From NCBI GenBank assembly GCA_964402425.1, contig CAYOCD010000005.1, forward strand, positions 6,064 through 70,063: 64,000 bases of DNA. The letters run 5' to 3'. Positions 56,708 through 64,000 of this stretch are shown here, piece after piece. A program made the position numbers and the translations under genes. Origin of the DNA: an uncultured Gammaproteobacteria bacterium (GTDB lineage: Bacteria > Patescibacteriota > Patescibacteriia > UBA9934 > GWF2-40-263). The first letter of the stretch is position 1; each line of letters starts with the position of its first letter. A model generated the notes under the pieces. It had not been told where the DNA came from and did no database searches. It saw only the letters and a list, made by a program, of their open reading frames with translations.

Positions 56708-59053
56708 GTGTCCATTATGAATCGTACACTTTCTCTTTCCCTTCAGCTTTTGCAGTCAGCTCGATGGGTGTTTCTTTCGTTCATTTTTTTATTTCCACTT
56801 TTTTTCCTTCCATTTACCTTGGGGCCGCTTGAAATCAATAAACAAACATTGTTGCTACTTTCTGTTTGTGCGTCTCTCGTTTTGCTTATTGGGGCGTTTT
56901 TATTAAAAAAAGAGGTTCGTCTCAGATTCGGATGGGTGCATGTGTTCCCGCTTTTGATGGTCGGAGTGTTTATTGCGTCTGCTTTTTTTTCGCTCGCGCC
57001 ATATACATCTTGGGTTGGAACAAATGGTTCGGAATACATGAGTGTTCTTACTTGGATCGGTCTCGCTCTCTTGTTTTATCTCTGTACATTGTTTGCCTCT
57101 GAACTTTCTTTATCTCGTTTGCCTTGGGTGGTACTTACGTTCAGTGCAAGTTTGGTTGGTCTTTTTGGTGTCTTGTCTTTGTTTGGAGTTTCAATCCTTC
57201 CATTTTTCCCTGCGCTTGCTGTGTCTGCGTTTAATACAATTGGAACCGTTAATACATTTGCTGTTTTTCTTATCTGTGTGAGTTTGCTTGCGTGTACACG
57301 ACTCATGACAGATTCGATTTCTGTAAAAAAAAGTTGGAAACGCGTTGCTCTGATGACGGGAATCGGGCTTGTTTTTTTAGAAATGTTTATCGTTTTGCTT
57401 TTATTGGATTATGCACTGCTTTGGATGTTGCTTTTATTCGGGTGTGCATCTATTTTTACATTTGTTTTGTTCCGATCCCGAACCTTTCCATCTCTAAAAA
57501 CGCTTTTTATCCCCGTTATCTTCACAGTTTTGAGCCTTCTTTTTTGGCTCTTCTTACCAAGTCCGTTTCAAACGAAGCTTCCTCTCGAAGTTTCGCCTTC
57601 ATTCAAAACAAGTTTATTTATTTCAGACTCAGTTTTACGTAATCGACCCATGTTTGGATCAGGTCCTGGAACCTATGCCATGGATTACACCAAATATCAT
57701 CCGCTCTCCATCAATGAAACAGATTTTTGGAATACACGCTTTGATCGTGCGTCCTCGTTTGTCTTAACGCTTGCACCAACGGTAGGGTATTTTGGTATCG
57801 GTGTGTATCTTTTTTTCATTCTTTTTCTGTTTTACGAATCTGTATCAAACCTTATAAGACAAAAACAAGAAGAAGAATGGATTGATGTGTTTCATGTGTT
57901 TATACCTTGGCTTGCGATTGTGCTTGCCTCGTTTTTGTTTGCCTTTAATATAACCCTTGTTATCACGCTCATACTTTTGTCTGGGTTGCTTGCGTCAAAA
58001 TTGATTCAAAAAGAGTCCCATCTTACATTTTCTCATAATAAGTTCATTGCTCTTTTGTCTGCTGGTTGTTTTATTGCCTTACTTTTTTCTTTGTTCATCG
58101 GTATCTTTTTGACAACAGGTCGATACGCTGCTGAAACTGCTTATGCAAAAGCGGTTCGTGCAGATCGTTCGCATACAGAGACAAAAACCATTGTGACAGA
58201 GCTTGATCGTGCCGCAACGCTCAATCAATGGAATGATGATTATGTACGGAATTTGTCCGCGGCTCTTTTGCTGCGCGTTCAAGATGAATTAAAAACTGTT
58301 TCGCCTAATAGTCCGCTTTCAGATGTCTCAAAACAGTATTTGCGAGCACTTATGGCTGCATCAATAAATGCCTCTGCACGCGCAACAGAATTATCCCCGA
58401 ATAATGTATCTAACTGGCTTGCCCGCGGAGAAGTTTATAGATCCTTATCTGGACTTGTTGATAAAGCAGCAAATTTTTCTCTTGATGCCTATACACACGC
58501 AATCGATCTAGAGCCCACAAATCCAAGTCATTGGATGGAACGCGGAAAAACACACATGACGCTTGCAGATCTTTCGCAGCCCCTTATGGTGTCTTCGGAT
58601 GTTCATGTTATGGCTCAGGCAAAGAAAGATTGGGAGACGGCGCTTGGTGAAGCAAAAAAAGATTTTACAAAAGCAACAGAATTAAAATCCAATTTTGCTC
58701 CAGCTCATTATCAACTTGCTCTTGTGTATGAACGCGAAGGAAATCTTGATCTTGCAATTTCAAAATTAGAAAGTGTTCAGAAATATAACGATACAGACAT
58801 TGGAGTCGGATTCATGCTCGGTACGCTGTATACCAAGCGTGGGAGCACGGGGGATTTTGAACGGGCCAAACAAACATTTTTGCATGTGATCGCTCTTGCT
58901 CCTTCTTATAGTGACGCGCATTGGTTTCTTGCTTCTATTTATGAAAAATTCGGAGATAAAACACGTGCTATCGCAGAAATTGAAACTGTGTTGAAATTAA
59001 ATCCGGATAATCAGATCATTAAAACACGTTTAGAAAAACTAAAAAGACCATAA
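56708..59053 (+). CDS. O-antigen ligase/polymerase-like polytopic membrane protein with C-terminal TPR repeats
   Basis: 781 aa: about 12 TM helices, then TPR-like repeats (...ARGEVYRSLSG...AYTHAIDLEPTNPSHWMERGKTHM...HYQLALVYEREGNLDLAISKLESV...). Confidence 0.7.
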   Translation: MSIMNRTLSLSLQLLQSARWVFLSFIFLFPLFFLPFTLGPLEINKQTLLLLSVCASLVLLIGAFLLKKEVRLRFGWVHVFPLLMVGVFIASAFFSLAPYTSWVGTNGSEYMSVLTWIGLALLFYLCTLFASELSLSRLPWVVLTFSASLVGLFGVLSLFGVSILPFFPALAVSAFNTIGTVNTFAVFLICVSLLACTRLMTDSISVKKSWKRVALMTGIGLVFLEMFIVLLLLDYALLWMLLLFGCASIFTFVLFRSRTFPSLKTLFIPVIFTVLSLLFWLFLPSPFQTKLPLEVSPSFKTSLFISDSVLRNRPMFGSGPGTYAMDYTKYHPLSINETDFWNTRFDRASSFVLTLAPTVGYFGIGVYLFFILFLFYESVSNLIRQKQEEEWIDVFHVFIPWLAIVLASFLFAFNITLVITLILLSGLLASKLIQKESHLTFSHNKFIALLSAGCFIALLFSLFIGIFLTTGRYAAETAYAKAVRADRSHTETKTIVTELDRAATLNQWNDDYVRNLSAALLLRVQDELKTVSPNSPLSDVSKQYLRALMAASINASARATELSPNNVSNWLARGEVYRSLSGLVDKAANFSLDAYTHAIDLEPTNPSHWMERGKTHMTLADLSQPLMVSSDVHVMAQAKKDWETALGEAKKDFTKATELKSNFAPAHYQLALVYEREGNLDLAISKLESVQKYNDTDIGVGFMLGTLYTKRGSTGDFERAKQTFLHVIALAPSYSDAHWFLASIYEKFGDKTRAIAEIETVLKLNPDNQIIKTRLEKLKRP

Positions 59054-59064
59054 TGTTCTATCCA

Positions 59065-59098
59065 CACCCGCACCTTGTGTCTGCGGGTGTTTTTGTTT
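59065..59098 (+). terminator. rho-independent terminator
   Basis: CACCCGCA-CCTTGTGTC-TGCGGGTG followed by TTTTTGTTT. Confidence 0.65.
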
Positions 59099-59252
59099 AG
59101 CATATTTTTTGTAAAATGTGCACGGCTCTTTTATGCTCCGAAACCTCGCGCACACGCCGATCATCCATAAATGCCTAGTCCTCGCATATTGAGGACGCGA
59201 GCGCACAAAAGCTACCATTAAAGGTAAGCCAGGTTGGCAGATGGAGGTCCCA

Positions 59253-59426
59253 ATGCGGAAGCATGAATTGTCGGAAGCGTTTTACCAGTTTGGAATCGGT
59301 GGTTGCCGTGCTCCGGAAGTCCCAAGTCCGTTTTCTTTGCCTTCGCGTGAAACCCTTTGGGATAAAACGCCGCACAAGAATCCGGTACGTAAGACCAAGG
59401 TGCCAGTCTATCCCTATGCCTACTGA
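59253..59426 (+). CDS. small hypothetical protein (57 aa)
   Basis: GGAGG 5 nt upstream of the ATG; no recognisable family; low-confidence gene. Confidence 0.3.
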   Translation: MRKHELSEAFYQFGIGGCRAPEVPSPFSLPSRETLWDKTPHKNPVRKTKVPVYPYAY

Positions 59427-59570
59427 GTGCATCCTCACGATTCTTTGAAAGAAGGGTCGTTTTTTATTGCATAATCGGTTGACAGCTCTGTGACTTGGCG
59501 AGGGGTGTGTGTTGTGTTATCCTCTGACCTTGTTCTTTTTATTGGAGGAATCTTGGAATCACATAAACAC

Positions 59571-60734
59571 ATGCTTCGCAATTTACGACTCCTTTTCTGG
59601 GGTCGTGCATTTTTGGAGACAAAAGCACTCGCAGCCATCATGATTTTGTTTTTTCAATCACGTGGCCTCAAAATGGATGAGATCTTTTATCTCACGATCG
59701 CTTGGTCTCTGACAGCACTCGTGTGTGAAGTGCCGAGTGGATATTTGGCAGATGTTATTGGACGCAAAAAAACTATCTTAATAGGCACAATTCTTTTTTT
59801 TGCGTCTCAAGTGCATCGTGTGTATGCAACAAGCTATTGGGAATTTGCATTTCAATTTGTGCTCATGTCCGCTGCGTTTTCTTTTTTCTCGGGCACAGAA
59901 GAAGCTTTGTTGTATGAGAGTCTAAAAGCGACCGGACGTGAAGATGAAATGCTTGCTCAAAACGGTCGTCTCAGTTCCGCGCGTCAAATCTTCAAAATGT
60001 TTACGCCGCTCATTGGATCAGTTATTGCGATTGATCTGACAGATGTGCAGTACAGCATTTTACTTTGGGTAGATGTTGTTACGGCTCTTGTTGCGTTTGG
60101 AATTTTCTTGTTCCTTGTTGAGCCCCCACATGTGAGACATGTTTTGGAAGAAGAAGTTGGAATTTTTGCTGAAAGCTTAAAAACCTTAAAAGCCAATCCA
60201 TGGATGATGCGTGTGAGTCTCAATAAGATTCTGGTATTTTCAGGGGCATTCTTTACCTGGCGTGTGTACCAGCCAATCTTATCGGAGCATGGCATCACAG
60301 CCATTTGGCTCGGTGTGTTTTACTTCCTTTCAAGTGCGTTTGGGTTTCTTGGAACATGGTTTTTAGGAGCGATCGAAAAACGGTTTGGTCTTGTGTTCTT
60401 CATGACGTGGACGATTATTATTTCGCTTGCCATGTACCTCATTGGGATTTTTACTTCGACTCCCATCCTCCTGTTCATTGCGTTTCTTGTCATTATCACC
60501 ATTTCGATTCTTCGCGAACCAGCGTTTTCTCATTTGGTGAATGGATACGTTCAATCAAAGAGTCGTGCCACCACACTTTCGAACCTTAATATGTTCAGAA
60601 GTGTTGTCGATATTCCTCTCATCTTTCTTGCCGCCATCATTTCGATGATGGATCTACGTTATCCGCTCGTATTTGGATTCGTTCTTTGTCTTGTTGCTCT
60701 CCTTGTGTTTCCGGTTCGGGAACAGAAAAACTAG
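59571..60734 (+). CDS. MFS-type transporter, paralog A
   Basis: MFS motif A SGYLADVIGRKKTIL; about 12 TM helices; tandem paralog of 60863-62062 (same N-terminus ...LRNLRLLFWGRAFLETKAL...). Confidence 0.7.
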   Translation: MLRNLRLLFWGRAFLETKALAAIMILFFQSRGLKMDEIFYLTIAWSLTALVCEVPSGYLADVIGRKKTILIGTILFFASQVHRVYATSYWEFAFQFVLMSAAFSFFSGTEEALLYESLKATGREDEMLAQNGRLSSARQIFKMFTPLIGSVIAIDLTDVQYSILLWVDVVTALVAFGIFLFLVEPPHVRHVLEEEVGIFAESLKTLKANPWMMRVSLNKILVFSGAFFTWRVYQPILSEHGITAIWLGVFYFLSSAFGFLGTWFLGAIEKRFGLVFFMTWTIIISLAMYLIGIFTSTPILLFIAFLVIITISILREPAFSHLVNGYVQSKSRATTLSNLNMFRSVVDIPLIFLAAIISMMDLRYPLVFGFVLCLVALLVFPVREQKN

Positions 60735-60862
60735 AATCAGCATCGTAATTCATTGCGATGTTTTTTTGTTTTAGTTTTTAAAAAATACAAGTGAACGGGC
60801 GTATTTGTATTTGAAGGTGGTATTGTGTTAGGATTTTGGTGTGTTCTTTGGAGGTGAGAGGA

Positions 60863-62062
60863 ATGGAATATCATCAAAAAATGCGTAGAAATCTTAGGTT
60901 GTTATTTTGGGGGCGCGCATTTTTAGAAACAAAAGCTCTTTTAGCAATCATTGTACTTTTTTACATTCACCGAGGTGTTTCACTTGAACAAGTGTTTTAT
61001 CTTAATATTGTTTGGTCTATTACATCATTGATAACGGAAATTCCTTCTGGGTATCTTGCAGATCGTCTCGGTTTGAAGCGTATGATGCTTCTTGGCTCTG
61101 TGCTTTTTTTTATCTCTGTTTTTGGTAGATATTTTGTCACAGGGTTTTGGGAATTCGTTTGGGTTTTTGTTGTTATGGCTAGTGCTTTTTCATGTTTTTC
61201 TGGAACAGAAGAAGCGTTGTTGTATGAATCTCTAAAAGAGAATGGACAACAGCAATACATGACAAAATTCAACGGCCGATTATTCTCGGCTCGCTCCTTA
61301 TTTCGAATTGCTGTTCCAACTATTGGTGCGTATATTGCGAAAGATTTGTTTGAGTGGCAGTTTTTGCTTGTGAATTCAATCGATGCAATAGCGGCCATTG
61401 TTGCATTTGCGATTTTTCTTTTTCTGACTGAACCATACTCTAAAAAGAGTGTTGCAAAAAGGGAAATTGGAATTTTCAAACAAAGCCTTGAAACAATAAA
61501 AGAACACCCTTGGATGTTGCGAGTTGTCCTTAATAAGTTTTTGGTTTTTTATGCACTGTTTTTCACAGCGCGTGTACACCAACCACTTTTTATTGAAAAT
61601 GGAATTTCTACGATTTGGATTGGCTGGTTCTTTCTTTTTGTAAGTTTTTTTTCCTATATAGGAACAAGGCATCTTGGCTTCCTTGTGGAAAAATTTGGAA
61701 GTCGCCGATTCTTGTTTTGGACAGCTGTTGCGATCATTGTGTTTCTCGTGATTAGTATCACATCAGCAACTCCCTGGATTGTCTTTGTTGGGCTGCTTCT
61801 TGTGGAAGTTTTTTCTACAATTCGTGATCCTGCCTTTTCAGATCTGATAAATCATTGTGTAGAATCAGGAAGTCGCGCGACTACTCTTTCAAACCTGAAT
61901 TTGATTAAGGGTTTGCTCGATATCCCCATTCTTCTTTTGGCAGGTTATGTTTCATCTATGGGCACTCATTACCCGCTTATGATCGGAATTTTGACGTGTC
62001 TTCTTGCTCTTGTCGTGTTTCCCATTAAAAAAACTGATGAGTCTTCATGCCACACAAAATGA
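60863..62062 (+). CDS. MFS-type transporter, paralog B
   Basis: GGAGG 9 nt upstream of the ATG (MEYHQKMRRNLRLLFWGRAFLETKAL...); SGYLADRLGLKRMML motif. Confidence 0.7.
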   Translation: MEYHQKMRRNLRLLFWGRAFLETKALLAIIVLFYIHRGVSLEQVFYLNIVWSITSLITEIPSGYLADRLGLKRMMLLGSVLFFISVFGRYFVTGFWEFVWVFVVMASAFSCFSGTEEALLYESLKENGQQQYMTKFNGRLFSARSLFRIAVPTIGAYIAKDLFEWQFLLVNSIDAIAAIVAFAIFLFLTEPYSKKSVAKREIGIFKQSLETIKEHPWMLRVVLNKFLVFYALFFTARVHQPLFIENGISTIWIGWFFLFVSFFSYIGTRHLGFLVEKFGSRRFLFWTAVAIIVFLVISITSATPWIVFVGLLLVEVFSTIRDPAFSDLINHCVESGSRATTLSNLNLIKGLLDIPILLLAGYVSSMGTHYPLMIGILTCLLALVVFPIKKTDESSCHTK

Positions 62063-62075
62063 TTGTGCGGTTTTT

Positions 62076-63029
62076 TTATTGAGTAATCTCTTTCGCAAGC
62101 TTTGCCGCTTGTTTTGATTTCGCAAAAAAGTATCCAACGATTACGAATGTGACGGCTGGTGAAAACCAGCTTGGGACATGAATACCGAAACTATCGACGA
62201 TCATGACTCCACCCAAGACAAGAATGGAATACATGGCTCCGTTTTTGAGGAAGATGTATTTTTTGATGCGATCAATGTTTCCGATGGTGAATTGTCTGAC
62301 CACAATCGCTCCGAGACCATTTCCGAGAAGAATAAGTGGAACGGAAAGGGTAAACGCAAACGCTCCAAGGACTCCGTCGATAGAGAACGTAGCATCAATC
62401 ACCTCAAGGAACATGATCTTTGAAAGATCAGACATGCCGGAAGATCCGTTTGTGCCACCCTTTCCAGACATGAGCATCTCTTCCGCTCTTTCCGCATTTT
62501 GTTTGAATCCGTGCGTGATGAAAAAAGCGGTTGAACCAATAACAGCACCGAATGCCATAATTGGATTGATCTTCATCATGTACCAAACTAAGACCGCAAG
62601 GAAAATAGAGACAACCGAGTAAAACCAGATGCCGTTTCTAAGGAAAAACTTTTCATGTGGAAGACCAAAGTGTTTATCTTCCAAAAAGAGCCAGTGGAAA
62701 AAGAGAAAAATCAGGAATGTTCCACCACCCGCAAGGAGGATAGGGGCAGATTTTTCTACCGCCTCAATGACATGCGGATCGCCACTAAATGTGGCAGTGA
62801 ACGCTTCAATGGGTCCGAGTCCTGGGGTGGCAAACCAAACAATAATCCAGGGAAGTAGTCCGCGAACCATGACGACCGCAAAGATGATTCCCCAGAACAA
62901 AAACCACTTTTTGGCTTTTTCGCTCATGGTGTGAAGAACTTCCGCATTAATGATGGCGTTATCTATTGATGAAATGGTCTCAAAGAGACAAAGACCCGCG
63001 ACGATGAGGATAATAGAAAAAAAATCCAT
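62076..63029 (-). CDS. TerC/DUF475-family integral membrane protein
   Basis: ...LFETISSIDNAIINAEVL... TerC signature; multiple TM helices. Confidence 0.65.
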   Translation of the reverse strand: MDFFSIILIVAGLCLFETISSIDNAIINAEVLHTMSEKAKKWFLFWGIIFAVVMVRGLLPWIIVWFATPGLGPIEAFTATFSGDPHVIEAVEKSAPILLAGGGTFLIFLFFHWLFLEDKHFGLPHEKFFLRNGIWFYSVVSIFLAVLVWYMMKINPIMAFGAVIGSTAFFITHGFKQNAERAEEMLMSGKGGTNGSSGMSDLSKIMFLEVIDATFSIDGVLGAFAFTLSVPLILLGNGLGAIVVRQFTIGNIDRIKKYIFLKNGAMYSILVLGGVMIVDSFGIHVPSWFSPAVTFVIVGYFFAKSKQAAKLAKEITQ

Positions 63030-63137
63030 AAGGTATTTTGTGGTGGAATATTGCTATTTCTGTTTAGTGTGAATAGTTTAGCACAAAGCTGAATTTTAGT
63101 TCCGGTGATATACTGTTTTTGATTAATTATTCTCTCT

Positions 63138-64000
63138 ATGCAAGAAAAACCTTCTTTTGTTGAAATGTCACCCATTGCAGATAAAAAGCGTCTTCAGTCA
63201 GATCTTGATAAAGCACTTGTTCAGTATTCAGAGGTGCGTCGAAGCGAAGGTTCGAAACCTGCACAAGAAAAATTTCTGACCCTTTTTCGTCAGTTTGCAG
63301 AAACAGACGTTAGTTTTGGTGCTGGCTACTTAACAAAAACCACAAAAAAAGAATACGGATATAGATTTTTGGGAAACACAGAAGCAATCATGATTGGGAT
63401 CGTGGCTGAATTTGATCCGAATCAAGCTATGCAAATATTCCTTGCGGAATTTTGTACAAAAGAACAACAAATAAAATACCCATCACAATTACGTTCATCA
63501 TGGGCAGCCTCAATTATTACGCCTGAAAACGCTGAAGCGATTTTTACAAATCTTGAATCCCATACCCCAAATGCTGCGTTAGCAGAGATGTACACACATG
63601 AAGATTTTAAACGCATGTTAGTAGATAAAGCTATTCTTTCCGCAGCAGAACAAAAAAACGTGGATCGAGTTTTGGAATTAACACCAGATAATTCATATAA
63701 AACATATAACGACAACATTTCAAAGCTTATTTCTGAAACCATGCTTGAACGTTTGGGTAAAGAAGGACATGAAACAGATCCAAAAAAACAGGAACAGCTT
63801 GTTTTGAATGCGCTTACCGCGCGTGTGACACACATAAATTCGAAGGAGGATGTTTGTTTCGCATTAGATACAAAAATACAAGAAATTTTAGATGGAATGT
63901 CAGAGGAGGCTATTTGGAAAATGGCAGAAAAATCTAAAGATGCTCTTAAACATACCCTAGAAGAAGAAGTTCTCTTGCGTATTGCACAAAAAAATCCAGA
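63138..64000 (+). CDS. hypothetical protein, 5' part (runs off window end)
   Basis: Open frame from ATG 63138 with no stop before 64000 (MQEKPSFVEMSPIADKKRLQSDLDKALVQYSEVRRSEG...); not in the ORF track because it is unterminated. Confidence 0.45.
   Translation, partial: MQEKPSFVEMSPIADKKRLQSDLDKALVQYSEVRRSEGSKPAQEKFLTLFRQFAETDVSFGAGYLTKTTKKEYGYRFLGNTEAIMIGIVAEFDPNQAMQIFLAEFCTKEQQIKYPSQLRSSWAASIITPENAEAIFTNLESHTPNAALAEMYTHEDFKRMLVDKAILSAAEQKNVDRVLELTPDNSYKTYNDNISKLISETMLERLGKEGHETDPKKQEQLVLNALTARVTHINSKEDVCFALDTKIQEILDGMSEEAIWKMAEKSKDALKHTLEEEVLLRIAQKNP

Overview
This 64-kb bacterial segment is densely packed with coding sequence (mixed strands, about 42% GC, TGA used as a stop) and contains the chromosomal replication origin. 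The gene content (many TrmB-type regulators, giant surface proteins, no yidC/jag after yidD, compact spacers) looks like a small-genome, possibly CPR/Patescibacteria-like organism; that lineage call is inference only.

Origin: rpmH-rnpA-yidD on the + strand is divergent from dnaA-dnaN on the - strand, and both flanks of dnaA carry DnaA-box clusters.

Housekeeping genes: iscS/iscU, a VIT1 transporter, PBP1A, trigger factor, H+-pyrophosphatase, comM, lspA, dksA-like, pnp-rpsO with an inserted NYN-domain gene, xerD, coaE-coaD, polA-holA, rpsT, rmuC, and several MFS, SemiSWEET and TerC membrane proteins.

RNA genes: four tRNAs. tRNA-Cys GCA and tRNA-His GTG are well supported. tRNA-Arg CCT has a rejected D-arm fold (proposed D-stem pairs with the D-loop) and needs a re-fold. 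tRNA-Arg TCT has a weak anticodon stem.

Decayed genes: a trpS remnant (internal deletion, premature stop, and a C10 homopolymer frameshift) and a frameshifted MBL-fold hydrolase.

Most notable locus: a roughly 12.5-kb cell-surface locus downstream of tRNA-Arg(CCT) and an 0.86-kb AT-rich, palindrome-rich control region. It holds four translationally coupled genes (two secreted or anchored 300-aa proteins and two giant 1196- and 1523-aa fibrous/FN3/Cys-repeat proteins) followed by an O-antigen-ligase-TPR membrane protein. Its promoter carries a half-site of the same 20-bp palindrome that sits in the autoregulatory region of a TrmB-family regulator 35 kb away.

Other leads: two unrelated hypothetical genes share a conserved structured 5' leader, and a roughly 360-nt promoter-to-terminator unit with no ORF could be an unassigned ncRNA.
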